Notes: generated by a model not told the origin, from the letters alone. A DNA stretch of 48,171 nt from Chloroflexota bacterium (GCA_010092775.1 JAADYZ010000089.1:1-48171), one strand, 5' to 3'. Positions 28,035 to 37,512 are shown, numbered from the stretch's first letter. Made by a program: numbers and translations.

Positions 28035-28062
28035 GCGGCAGGCTGACAGCCTGTCGCTTTTT
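28035..28062 (+). terminator. Rho-independent terminator closing the cytochrome/YeeE operon
   Basis: GCGGCAGGC-tgaca-GCCTGTCGC (one G-U pair) followed by TTTTT. Confidence 0.7.
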
Positions 28063-28192
28063 GATTTGCCAGATTGTGCAGATAAGCCCTAACAAGTTTA
28101 CGCTCAATTTACAGGATTAGGACTATCACGCAACATCAGGGCCGTATAAACGGAACGAATGAAAGCATTTCTAGCCTTGAGAGGAAACCCTG

Positions 28193-30208
28193 ATGCAACG
28201 CACTGTTACTCTTATCTTGTTGGCGGTTGCTACATCCGTCCTTTTAACAGCTTGCGGCGCCGACCGCCGCTTAGGCAGTTTCCGTGACACTACCTCACCT
28301 GATGCGACTATTGCGGCCTATACTGAATTGGCCGAGTCCATCTTGAGCGACAATCCCAGCCCTGTGGAATATCGTATCGTTCAGGGTGCACCCACAGCCA
28401 CTCTGCGCCCTGGTAAGGTCCAGTTCTACGGTGGAGCGGTTGACGACCCCTGGATTCAACCCTATGTTGATGTGTTCAAGGGAGCCGTTGGAGGGTGGGA
28501 TACCTACCTGACGCTGGACCCCTCGGAAGAAAGGCCAGGGAGCGGGCAGGTAGACGCCTATGTGGGCAGTTACCGTACAGATCGTTTTGGGGAAGGCGAC
28601 CAACCAGGCGACCTATTCATTGTAGGCGACTTCGAAACGCCGTATTTTGCAGGCAAGACAAGCACTGATGACGTTGACCGAGATTTGGTCTACATCTACC
28701 ATTTCGAAGAACAGGGTTCAGTCATCCGTTTACATGGTAGCCCAGCTGACTACATCGTGGCTCCGGCCTTTGACCCTGACACCGAGTTCGATGGTACTGC
28801 CATTTTCTATACTGGAAGCGGGACGGATGACCTCATTGCTTGGGTCGGAGAGATGGACTCTGCTGACATGGATTTGACCGGTCCACATTTTGAGTACGAT
28901 TTCGCACCTGACCCGACTCCGATGTTGACGGGGTTTGATCAGTTGGGGAACGGTGGTACCCAGGTCTTTGGAGAGACCGCGATGGACGAAGCAGGCAACA
29001 TCTACCAGACCTTCCTCTCCAGTGGTCCTGCTTTTCCGGGTGCGCAAAGTGAAGGTTCCTTCTACATCGTGAAGTGGAACAATCAGGGTGAGCAGCAGTG
29101 GATACAGCGTTATGGCGTCACCCCGGATGCGCAAAATGCTGGCGAGATGCCTTTCAACATCGTTGCCAACACGGAGTATGTCTTCGTGAGCGGGCACACG
29201 AAAGGCGGATTTGGTGGCCCTGCCCCCATCCCCAACCATAACACGGACGCTTCCTACGCCTTTGTCGCGCAGGTCGACGCAGTATCGGGCGACTTGCTCA
29301 ATGTACGGCGCTTCACCAATCCAGGTTTCAACGGTACAGCTTGGAGCATCGGGATTGATGACAGCGGGGAGTATGTCTTTGTTGGTGGGGGTGAATCCGA
29401 AAATAACCAGTTTCCCTTGCCTCACACCTCGCCATTCATCGCCATGCTGCCGCAGGATGATCTGTCGGTGGCCTGGGAAGACATCATCACTGATGGCGGG
29501 AATCAGATCAGACCCCGTATCCGTACCCAGCAGTTGTCAAACGAGGCTATTGCGACGATTGCCTTTGCCAGACAGCCTGGTACAGACGGTGTGATCTATG
29601 TTTCTGGCTATGGGGCACAAGGGGATTTCCTGGGAGGAGTGCCACTGATCACCGACGCGTGGGTCGCCAAGTATGATATGGCAGGCAATCGGCTGTGGGC
29701 AACGGCTTTCCAAGCATCCGATGGCGATCAGTATCCTTGGGCAGTTGCTGCAGATGATGCTGGTAATGTCTACATCGTTGGCCAAACTAATGGCGCGATG
29801 GATGGTGCTGATTTCCAAGGTAATGGTGACGGATTCATCCGCAAGATGAGCCCCGATGGCGAGCATCTCTGGACGCGCCTGATTGGCACCGAACTCAGTG
29901 ATGACCTGCAAGATATTCGCATCTTTGAGGATAAGATTTTCGTCACGGGCAGTACGCAAGGCGATCTGGTAGGGACTAACCAAGGCATGACGGATGGGTT
30001 CATCGCTATGCTCGACTTGGATGGTAACGTACTTGGCCTCCACCAATTTGGCAGCGAGAAAGCTGACCACGCGCGCAGCCTCCATATCTTTGGCAATACC
30101 ATTTACGTCGGCGGCATGACAGAAGGCTCACTGGTTGCCCCTTATCAAGGCGGTGGCGGCTTTGATGTCTTCTTGGCCACCTTCAACCTGGACGTGCTAG
30201 AGCAGTAG
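28193..30208 (+). CDS. Secreted lipoprotein with SBBP-type beta-propeller repeats
   Basis: Lipobox LLTAC. Repeated D(A/G)(W/F)(V/I)xK(Y/M)xxxGxxxW segments: DAWVAKYDMAGNRLW, DGFIRKMSPDGEHLW, DGFIAMLDLDGNVL, DVFLATFNL. Confidence 0.7.
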   Translation: MQRTVTLILLAVATSVLLTACGADRRLGSFRDTTSPDATIAAYTELAESILSDNPSPVEYRIVQGAPTATLRPGKVQFYGGAVDDPWIQPYVDVFKGAVGGWDTYLTLDPSEERPGSGQVDAYVGSYRTDRFGEGDQPGDLFIVGDFETPYFAGKTSTDDVDRDLVYIYHFEEQGSVIRLHGSPADYIVAPAFDPDTEFDGTAIFYTGSGTDDLIAWVGEMDSADMDLTGPHFEYDFAPDPTPMLTGFDQLGNGGTQVFGETAMDEAGNIYQTFLSSGPAFPGAQSEGSFYIVKWNNQGEQQWIQRYGVTPDAQNAGEMPFNIVANTEYVFVSGHTKGGFGGPAPIPNHNTDASYAFVAQVDAVSGDLLNVRRFTNPGFNGTAWSIGIDDSGEYVFVGGGESENNQFPLPHTSPFIAMLPQDDLSVAWEDIITDGGNQIRPRIRTQQLSNEAIATIAFARQPGTDGVIYVSGYGAQGDFLGGVPLITDAWVAKYDMAGNRLWATAFQASDGDQYPWAVAADDAGNVYIVGQTNGAMDGADFQGNGDGFIRKMSPDGEHLWTRLIGTELSDDLQDIRIFEDKIFVTGSTQGDLVGTNQGMTDGFIAMLDLDGNVLGLHQFGSEKADHARSLHIFGNTIYVGGMTEGSLVAPYQGGGGFDVFLATFNLDVLEQ

Positions 30209-30241
30209 TTGCCTCGGAATATGCTGGGCAGAGTTACATGG

Positions 30242-30269
30242 AGCGGCTCTGCGCCGCTTCATCCTTTTT
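30242..30269 (+). terminator. Weak hairpin plus T-run after the SBBP gene
   Basis: AGCGGC-tctgc-GCCGCT, then tcatccTTTTT. Confidence 0.4.
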
Positions 30270-30322
30270 CCTTCGCATTGTTAATGTGCTGCGCTATCAT
30301 CTCTCGGTAAACCGCTGACACT

Positions 30323-31426
30323 ATGGAGAATGGAGCGCTACTCGTCATGTCCGACGCAACCACAATACCCTGGATGTTGTATGGTGCCTATGGTTATACG
30401 GGTGAATTGATTGCCGAGGAGGCGCTCCGGCGTGGGCATCGCCCGCTGCTGGCAGGGCGCAACTCAGACAAGCTGATCCCTCTAGCCGAACGGCTGGGCC
30501 TTGACTATCGGGTGGTCGTGCTGGATGATCCGGATGGCCTGCATGAAGCCCTGAACGAAGTGGATCTGGTCCTGCACGCTGCTGGGCCATTTCTCTTCAC
30601 TGCCGAACCAATGCTCAATGCTTGTCTCGACACTGCGACACACTATCTTGACATCACCGGTGAGATCAGTGTCTTTGATCTAGTTTTTGCTCAGGATGAT
30701 GCTGCGCGCGAGCAAGGGATCGTCTTAATCCCTGGCGTTGGTTTTGACGTCGTTCCATCCGACTGTCTGGCCAAATACGTCGCAGATCAACTTCCAGATG
30801 CCACTCAGCTCGAGTTAGCTGTAAAAGCCCTTGAGAGTATTAGCCGAGGAACAACGCTCACTGCACTAGAGTCGATGGGCCCTGTTGGTTTTGTCACCCG
30901 TCGGGATGATGCTTACCAGCCGATCCGCATGGGGACGGGTTCGCGAGTGGTGGCTTTCCCCGAAATTGGAGAATGCCATGTTATGCCAATCCCGCTCGGT
31001 GACCTCTCTTCGGCTGCCCGCACAACCGGGATCGAGAATATCAATACATCACTTGCCATGGCGCGCTGGCAGATTACAGCGACTCGTCTATTTGGCCCAG
31101 TCCTGATCCGCTTGGTGGGAACCAAACCAGCGCAGCGGGTCTTGGCTGGCGTGATTGACCGCGTTGTGAAAGGCCCCTCCGAAACAGCACGCGAGACAGG
31201 CCGGAGTCATTTCTGGGCCAAAGCGACTGCTCCAGATGGCCGCAGTGTAGAAGCCTGGTTAGTCACCGCTGAGGTCTACAAGCTAACCGCTCTCGTCAGT
31301 GTGCGAGCTGTTGAGCGGGTTCTGAACAACTCAGATTTGGTCGGTGCATTGACCCCGGCGGGTGCTTTTGGCGCAGATTTTATCCTGGAGACCCCAGACA
31401 GCCAGCGCTATGATCAACTGCCTTGA
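30323..31426 (+). CDS. Saccharopine-dehydrogenase-like NAD(P)-binding oxidoreductase
   Basis: WMLYGAYGYTGELIAEEALRRGHRPLLAGRN Rossmann N-terminus and HYLDITGE motif. The start could also be the ATG at 30347. Confidence 0.8.
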   Translation: MENGALLVMSDATTIPWMLYGAYGYTGELIAEEALRRGHRPLLAGRNSDKLIPLAERLGLDYRVVVLDDPDGLHEALNEVDLVLHAAGPFLFTAEPMLNACLDTATHYLDITGEISVFDLVFAQDDAAREQGIVLIPGVGFDVVPSDCLAKYVADQLPDATQLELAVKALESISRGTTLTALESMGPVGFVTRRDDAYQPIRMGTGSRVVAFPEIGECHVMPIPLGDLSSAARTTGIENINTSLAMARWQITATRLFGPVLIRLVGTKPAQRVLAGVIDRVVKGPSETARETGRSHFWAKATAPDGRSVEAWLVTAEVYKLTALVSVRAVERVLNNSDLVGALTPAGAFGADFILETPDSQRYDQLP

Positions 31427-31430
31427 TGAT

Positions 31431-31460
31431 TTGACAAAATCGCTGGGGCTATGCTACACT
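31431..31460 (+). promoter_or_regulatory. Sigma-70-like promoter for the T-box leader
   Basis: TTGACA (31431-31436), an 18-nt spacer, then TACACT (31455-31460). Confidence 0.45.
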
Positions 31461-31484
31461 TCGCGCCAACAATCTGATAGATCA

Positions 31485-31811
31485 AAAGATGATGATCTGG
31501 AAGAGTAGATGTTAAGGCGGCATTCAGAGAGCCTTCGGTTGCTGCAAAGAGGGCATGTGCGCAAACATTGAATGGGCCAGGGAGTCGCAGAGGCGAAAGC
31601 CATCAGTAGCTTCTGCCGGAGACGCACCGTTATCAGAGCGCAGAATATGTAGAGATAATCTACGTATTTGCTGAGTGAAGCTGGCCATAACATCGTGCAT
31701 CACTGTGCGATTTTTCTGTTTATAGGCCGCTTAACCGGGGTGGCACCGCGGGTTTTCGATCAGAAGCTCGTCCCTTGCGTCAGAATGATCTGGCGCAGCG
31801 GACGAGTTTTT
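31485..31811 (+). promoter_or_regulatory. T-box riboswitch leader, Trp-specific (UGG specifier), with intrinsic terminator
   Basis: Stem I: CTGG/CCAG base and GATGTT/AACATT helix. Specifier loop: AGTA (31504-31507) opposite GAA-TGG-G (specifier 31573-31575). AGAGA bulge at 31526-31530. F-box CCGTTA at 31627-31632. T-box AACCGGGGTGGCACCGCGG at 31733-31751. Terminator CTCGTCC...GGACGAG plus TTTTT at 31767-31811. Confidence 0.8.
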
Positions 31812-31984
31812 GTGTTGTGGGAGGGGAAGAACCGACCAGGCAGCCAAGAAAAGAATCACCTCAACCCCGATGGCTCTTCAGGGCGATGCGCAGGTCCTGA
31901 GCCAACACGGTCGGGCCTGACAACGCAAATCATCGTTGACAGTTGGATTGGCGTCCGTCGATCCCATCCAGGAGGAGATTCATC

Positions 31985-33364
31985 ATGGCAAACCAAAAGA
32001 CTCGCAAGTACGTCCTTTCCGAAGAGCAGATGCCGAAGGCGTATTACAATATCGTCTCGGATCTACCGACTCCACCACCACCGGTGCTGCATCCCGGCAC
32101 GCACCAGCCTATCGGCCCAGATGATCTGGCGCCGCTCTTTCCGATGGCCTTGATTGCCCAGGAGGTGAGCACCGAGCGCGAGATCGCGATTCCGGAGCCG
32201 GTACGAGATGCCTATCGACTGTATCGTCCCTCGCCGCTCTATCGTGCGCGCTCACTGGAGAAGGCGCTCGATACCCCGGCCCGCATCTACTACAAATATG
32301 AAGGTGTCTCCCCGGCAGGCTCTCACAAGCCCAATACCGCCATTGCACAAGCTTTCTACAATCGCGAGGAAGGGATCACCAGGCTTAGCACCGAGACTGG
32401 GGCGGGCCAGTGGGGCTCTGCATTGGCGATGGCCTGCGCCTTCTTTGATATGGAGTGTGAGGTCTATATGGTGCGGATCTCCTATGAGCAGAAGCCCTAC
32501 CGGCGCGCCCTGATGGAGACCTACGGGGCAAGCGTATATGCCTCCCCCAGTGATCGGACGCAGGCTGGACGATCCATCCGTGAGCAAAATCCCGACTCAC
32601 TGGGTTCGCTAGGCATCGCGATTTCTGAGGCAGTTGAAGTCGCCGCGACAAATGACGATGTGAAGTACTCTTTGGGGTCTGTGCTGAACCATGTTCTGTT
32701 GCATCAGACCGTTATCGGGCAGGAGGCACTGACCCAATTCCAATTGGCCGACGACTATCCGGACATTGTAATTGCACCAACCGGTGGCGGCTCGAATTTT
32801 GGTGGCATCGCCTTCCCCTTCATTGGGCGCAAGCTGCGTGGCGAGCAGGATGTTCAGGTAATTGCAGTCGAACCGGCGGCCTGCCCCTCGCTGACCAAAG
32901 GCAGCTATACTTACGACTTTGGTGACACAGCCCAGATGACCCCGCTGGTCAAGATGCACACCTTGGGTCACACGTTTGTGCCACCTGGTATGCACGCGGG
33001 CGGCCTGCGCTATCATGGTATGGCCCCGCTGGTGTCTCATTTGTATGATCTGGGTCTGATCGAAGCGGTGGCGATCGAGCAAATGGATACCTTCGCTGCT
33101 GGCGTTACCTTTGCCCGCACCGAAGGCGTCGTGCCCGCGCCAGAAGCCACACATGGTGTCGCCGCAGCCATCAATGAGGCGATCAAATGCCGCGAGAGCG
33201 GTGAAGCCAAGACCATCTTGTTCAATCTTTGTGGGCATGGGCACTTTGATATGCTGGCCTACATGGATTACCATGCCGGTAAGCTGCAAAACTACCAGTA
33301 CCCTGAGGAAGAAATCGCGATGGCCCTGGCTGGGCTGCCGCCGATTAACGTCCCGACCAGCTAA
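31985..33364 (+). CDS. trpB2: TrpB2-type tryptophan synthase beta-chain-like PLP enzyme (stand-alone)
   Basis: ATG preceded by GGAGGAG. N-terminus [21 protein letters not shown] is typical of TrpB2. SHKPNTA holds the PLP lysine, and GGGSNFGG is present. No trpA is adjacent. Confidence 0.9.
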   Translation: MANQKTRKYVLSEEQMPKAYYNIVSDLPTPPPPVLHPGTHQPIGPDDLAPLFPMALIAQEVSTEREIAIPEPVRDAYRLYRPSPLYRARSLEKALDTPARIYYKYEGVSPAGSHKPNTAIAQAFYNREEGITRLSTETGAGQWGSALAMACAFFDMECEVYMVRISYEQKPYRRALMETYGASVYASPSDRTQAGRSIREQNPDSLGSLGIAISEAVEVAATNDDVKYSLGSVLNHVLLHQTVIGQEALTQFQLADDYPDIVIAPTGGGSNFGGIAFPFIGRKLRGEQDVQVIAVEPAACPSLTKGSYTYDFGDTAQMTPLVKMHTLGHTFVPPGMHAGGLRYHGMAPLVSHLYDLGLIEAVAIEQMDTFAAGVTFARTEGVVPAPEATHGVAAAINEAIKCRESGEAKTILFNLCGHGHFDMLAYMDYHAGKLQNYQYPEEEIAMALAGLPPINVPTS

Positions 33365-33377
33365 TCGGAGATTGGCA

Positions 33378-33404
33378 AGGCCCCCTGCTCATGCCAGGGG
33401 GCCT
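33378..33404. terminator. Perfect 10-bp hairpin between convergent trpB2 and the GH13 gene
   Basis: AGGCCCCCTG-ctcatgc-CAGGGGGCCT. There is no clear U-tract on either strand. Confidence 0.45.
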
Positions 33405-33408
33405 GATC

Positions 33409-34995
33409 CTATTCGAGCGGCTGAACAATGGCGCCCGCATGGCCGAGCAACTCCACGCCATCCTGGATGGTCGCTGGGGGGTCTGGATCATGGCTCGCCA
33501 GTAAAATCTTGACGGCCCCATCTGGCTTCCAAGTGGTGCTATCGGCGCCGAAATTGAGGACGACCTGAACGCGCTCCGATTTCGTGAAGCGCTCGAAGGC
33601 ATAGAGTACGTCGCTTGTTTCCAGGGTACGGTAGTCGCCCAGTTGAAGCGCAGGTAGCGTTTTGCGCAAGGCAATGAGGCGCTGGGTGAAGGCTAGCATC
33701 GAGTTTGGGTCGGCCTGCTCGACTGCCACATTGACCGATTGGGCGTTATTGGCTACGGGCAGCCAGGGTGAGACCTCGGAGAAACCGGCGTGTGTGCTGC
33801 CGTCCCATTGCATTGGGGTGCGTACTGGGTCGCGCCCCAGTCCCAATCCCGGTGTCAGCAGCTCCCAGGGGTCTTGCACCAACTCAGGGGGGATGTCCAC
33901 GTTTTCCATCCCCAGTTCATCCCCATAATAGATGGTCGGCGTACCGCGCACAGTCAGCAGGAACAGCATCCCCAAGCGGGCGTTATCGATCCCGGCTCGG
34001 GTTGCAAAGCGCGGCTGATCGTGATTACTCAGAACCCAGTTCGGCCAGGCATAATCGGGCAAGGCTGCCTCATAACTCTCAACAAGCTGGCGCACGTTGT
34101 TCACTTCCCAAGGAGAGAAGACCAGGTGGAAGTTGAACGGTAGGTGAAATTCCGGTTCCCTCACACTACCATAGTGAGCAACCAGTTTCTCATAGGGCAG
34201 GTTCATCTCACCGATCAAAACCCGGTCATCATATTCGTCGTTCACAGCGCGCAGCCAGCGGTTGAACATGTGAATGTCTGGCGTGTTCTTGGTCATGGTC
34301 TCCCCCAGCCGTTGATAGGGTTCCATGCCTTCCCGCCAGTCCGGATTGATCGGATTGTCGCGAAAGGCGGGGTCTTTCATCACACGGTAGGAGACATCGA
34401 CGCGCAGCCCATCGACGCCACGATCGTACCAGAAGCGCACCACATCAAGCATTGTTTCGCGCACCTCAGGATTGCGCCAGTTGAGGTCGGGCTGTTCTTT
34501 CAAGAAGCTGTGCAAATAGTACTGCTCGGTCGTTTCATCCCATTCCCAGGCGGAGTCACCATCAAAGCGGCTGATCCAGTTATTGGGAGGGCCACCACCC
34601 GGCGCTGGATCATGCCAGATGTACCAGTCACGTTTGGGGTTGTCACGCGAACTGCGCGACTCAAGAAACCAGGGATGCTGATGAGAACTATGATTGGGAA
34701 CGTAATCCAATATGATTCGCAGGTCACGTTGATGGGCTTCTTCGATCAGTTTGTCCATATCGGCCAGCGTGCCGAACATAGGATGAACATCAATGTAGTT
34801 GGAGACATCATAGCCAAAGTCGGCCATGGGTGACGGATACATTGGAGAGATCCACAGGGCAGTCACGCCGAGATCAGCCAGATAGTCCAAACGCTGGGTG
34901 ATCCCAGGGAGGTCCCCGATGCCGTCGCCGTTCGTATCCTGAAAACTGCGTGGGTAAATCTGGTAGACAATGCCGCTCTTCCACCATTCAGTCAT
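33409..34995 (-). CDS. GH13 alpha-glucosidase / oligo-1,6-glucosidase-type hydrolase
   Basis: WWKSGIVYQIYPRSFQDTNGDGIGD. GH13 regions: DYVPNH, GVDGLRVDV, IGEMN, LSNHDQPR. Confidence 0.9.
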   Translation of the reverse strand: MTEWWKSGIVYQIYPRSFQDTNGDGIGDLPGITQRLDYLADLGVTALWISPMYPSPMADFGYDVSNYIDVHPMFGTLADMDKLIEEAHQRDLRIILDYVPNHSSHQHPWFLESRSSRDNPKRDWYIWHDPAPGGGPPNNWISRFDGDSAWEWDETTEQYYLHSFLKEQPDLNWRNPEVRETMLDVVRFWYDRGVDGLRVDVSYRVMKDPAFRDNPINPDWREGMEPYQRLGETMTKNTPDIHMFNRWLRAVNDEYDDRVLIGEMNLPYEKLVAHYGSVREPEFHLPFNFHLVFSPWEVNNVRQLVESYEAALPDYAWPNWVLSNHDQPRFATRAGIDNARLGMLFLLTVRGTPTIYYGDELGMENVDIPPELVQDPWELLTPGLGLGRDPVRTPMQWDGSTHAGFSEVSPWLPVANNAQSVNVAVEQADPNSMLAFTQRLIALRKTLPALQLGDYRTLETSDVLYAFERFTKSERVQVVLNFGADSTTWKPDGAVKILLASHDPDPPATIQDGVELLGHAGAIVQPLE

Positions 34996-36424
34996 TTATC
35001 TTGCTCCTCTCGTGTTTGAGAATCATCGCTTGTGCAGCCTGCTTGAGCTGTTGCAGCCGCTCAGGATGTGTAAGAAGTGCCTCATGCAGTGCTGAGACAC
35101 GACCTGCCAGACGCTCATCATGGAACGAGAAGGCGATGTTCCGTACTTGATCAACGCGCTGGCGTTCCCCTTCGGCATTGCGCTCTTCCGCACGCAAGGG
35201 GCGTGCAGCGCCCCAATCCACGTGAACCATTTGCCGGTCATCGTCCACCAAGATGAAGTTAGCCGAGTGCCAATCGCCGTTTTCGATTCCCATTAGCTCG
35301 CAGACCTGCTGATGGAGCACGACCGTTTCGTATAGATCGCGCGTTAGACGGCTCCGCTCACTCAAGATTGCATCTTGCAGGGTGGGCCCCACAACAAAAG
35401 GCTCGACGATCAGCCCCATCACGGTTGACAGCCGAATGTCGTGATCGAAGACCCCGCTCAGGCGTTCGACCAAGCCGTCTTCGACAATCAAACGGACGCG
35501 CCCTGCCGCCGTGACCAAAACCCCATTGTGGGTCAGTCGCGGCCAGTTTTCAGCTTGGCCCTGGTGGATATGCGCACTTAACTCGGCTTCGTGGAAAGGC
35601 TCTAAGCCAGGTTGTTTGATAACCACACCCAGGTGGGGTGCAAGCAGGATGGTGCTGCGACGGTGTCGCCCCATGATGTACTCGCCTTTGAGGATCAGGT
35701 TTAACCCATATTCCTGCTCCAATTGGTTTTGCCATTGTGCAATGTGACCTGCATTCTCTTCATCGCCGTCAGCGCGGGCGCTGCGGCGGTGTTGCTCTAT
35801 CCGTACCAACCGATCCAGCAGAGCATAGAGCCAAAGCAGTGGAGGCCCTGCATCTTGGGCAAGTTGACTGAGCAGCCAATCGACCTGCGCCGCTGTGCGC
35901 CCCCAGCCTTCGCCAACGACAGCGTCAAGCCCCTGGGCAAGAACCCGAATGCTGGTGATCAGTTCTGACGTCTCCAGGCCCATTTCCTGCACCATGCGCT
36001 GTTGGACCAAATCGATGTCCGGCCCGAGGCTGCGGATGTCAGGACCGTAGTCCGCCAGAATGCGAGCGTGCTTCAGCAGCGGATCATGCGTCCAGGGTTC
36101 GTCCGCTGCGATCACTGCGAAGTAAATGGGCGCCCAGCCACCCAAGTTACGCGTGAGATAGTCCGCTTCGTTCAGCAGAAACTCGACCGGCACCAGGCGA
36201 TCCGTGTGCGTCATGATCACGTTATTCAGAGGATGGTGAATGCTCAGCAGTGTCGCCAGGTCAGGTTGGGTTTGTAAGCGGTTGAGCCAGCTACGATAGC
36301 TGGCTTCGGTCGGGAGTTGATCCAGGATGTGGAGTGCCCTACCCCGCACCTGGGCAGGCGGTGGTGTCAGAAAGCCGAGAATGTCGGGGCGGTTGAGGGG
36401 AATACTGACGACGCGGAAATGCAT
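34988..36424 (-). CDS. Uncharacterised protein with a C-terminal protein-kinase-like / phosphotransferase fold
   Basis: The C-terminal half has VVIKQP (beta3 Lys), GDWHSANFIL (D-x-H-x-x-N catalytic loop) and HVDWG (metal-binding Asp). The N-terminal ~240 aa have no motif I recognise. 8-nt overlap with the glucosidase gene. Confidence 0.6.
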   Translation of the reverse strand: MHFRVVSIPLNRPDILGFLTPPPAQVRGRALHILDQLPTEASYRSWLNRLQTQPDLATLLSIHHPLNNVIMTHTDRLVPVEFLLNEADYLTRNLGGWAPIYFAVIAADEPWTHDPLLKHARILADYGPDIRSLGPDIDLVQQRMVQEMGLETSELITSIRVLAQGLDAVVGEGWGRTAAQVDWLLSQLAQDAGPPLLWLYALLDRLVRIEQHRRSARADGDEENAGHIAQWQNQLEQEYGLNLILKGEYIMGRHRRSTILLAPHLGVVIKQPGLEPFHEAELSAHIHQGQAENWPRLTHNGVLVTAAGRVRLIVEDGLVERLSGVFDHDIRLSTVMGLIVEPFVVGPTLQDAILSERSRLTRDLYETVVLHQQVCELMGIENGDWHSANFILVDDDRQMVHVDWGAARPLRAEERNAEGERQRVDQVRNIAFSFHDERLAGRVSALHEALLTHPERLQQLKQAAQAMILKHERSKIND

Positions 36425-36436
36425 AGAGACTCCATG

Positions 36437-37450
36437 TCAAGGGCGTGGGCCCGTTGTGTCACGAATGATGAGCTGGGTTGGTAGCTCGATGCTCTTAACG
36501 TGAGGGCTGTCTGGGTTTTCCATCAATTCCAGCAGTATAGCCCCAGCGGTCTCGCCATACTGCGAGACGGACTGGCGAATGGTGGTCAAGCCCAAATACT
36601 CAGAGAGATAGAAATCGTCAAAGCCAATGATCGAGATATCCTGCGGTATGCGCAGACCGGCGTCACGAATAGTCTTCATGGCACCAATAGCCATCTCATC
36701 AGATAGGGTAAACACAGCGGTGGGGGGGCTATCCAAGGCCAACAGCTTGGCCATAGCTTCGGCCCCTCCTGCCGCTGAGAAGTTGCCTTCGATACGAAGG
36801 CGTTCTTGAAAAGGGATGTTGTACTCAGCTAGTGCCTTTAGATAGCCATCGGTTCGCTCTTGAGGGATGGTGAAACCCATAGGGTCTTGAAACAAACCGG
36901 TGATTAAACCAATGTCTTGATGTCCGAGTTCGATCAAATGGCGCACCGCGACCTCAGCCGCCGCCGTGTTGTCGCAGGTCACCGAGGGGAAGTGGGGGGT
37001 CTCTTTCTCAATCGTAACTACGGGGAGCTGCAAGTCTTGCAGCAATTGAACATCTTCGTCGGTTAACGCAACGGTGCAGATGATGAGTCCGTCGACGCGT
37101 TTGCTGGTCGCAAGCTGATGGAACAACAGGGTTTGCTCGTGTGGCCCCACTAGCACATAGCGTACAACATCATAGTTATTCAGGAACATCAAGGCTTCAA
37201 TGGCTGTCGAAAGTTGGTTGAAGAACCACTGCCCTGCCATTGGCACAGCCACGCCGACCGTCATACTGCGGCCACTAGCCAAGCGTGACGCTCGACTGTC
37301 GAGGGAGTAGTTCAACTCGGCGGCCACACGTTGAACACGGTCGCGTGTGGCGGGTGAAACATTGGGGAGTCCGCGCAGGGCGCGGCTGACTGTCGCCGTT
37401 GAGACGCCCGAGCGTCGGGCAATGTCTTCTATGGTGACGGTGTCTGCCAT
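36437..37450 (-). CDS. LacI-family transcriptional regulator
   Basis: N-terminal HTH TIEDIARRSGVSTATVSRALRG and a periplasmic-binding-protein-like core. Confidence 0.9.
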   Translation of the reverse strand: MADTVTIEDIARRSGVSTATVSRALRGLPNVSPATRDRVQRVAAELNYSLDSRASRLASGRSMTVGVAVPMAGQWFFNQLSTAIEALMFLNNYDVVRYVLVGPHEQTLLFHQLATSKRVDGLIICTVALTDEDVQLLQDLQLPVVTIEKETPHFPSVTCDNTAAAEVAVRHLIELGHQDIGLITGLFQDPMGFTIPQERTDGYLKALAEYNIPFQERLRIEGNFSAAGGAEAMAKLLALDSPPTAVFTLSDEMAIGAMKTIRDAGLRIPQDISIIGFDDFYLSEYLGLTTIRQSVSQYGETAGAILLELMENPDSPHVKSIELPTQLIIRDTTGPRP

Positions 37451-37512
37451 TCGCTGAGTCTTTCCGAGCCGTTTGTTTTGAGTGGTAACGCGAACGATCG
37501 CATTGAAATCAG

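Noticed and set aside
31812-31984. Possible second riboswitch or attenuator between the T-box terminator and the trpB2 start.
   Set aside because: I found only weak, imperfect hairpins and no recognisable conserved motif. I left it unexplained.
31454-32153. ORFs 31454..31693 (-) and 31668..32153 (+) in the long gap upstream of trpB2.
   Set aside because: The region folds into a canonical T-box leader with a terminator. The ORF translations are low-complexity and lack an RBS.
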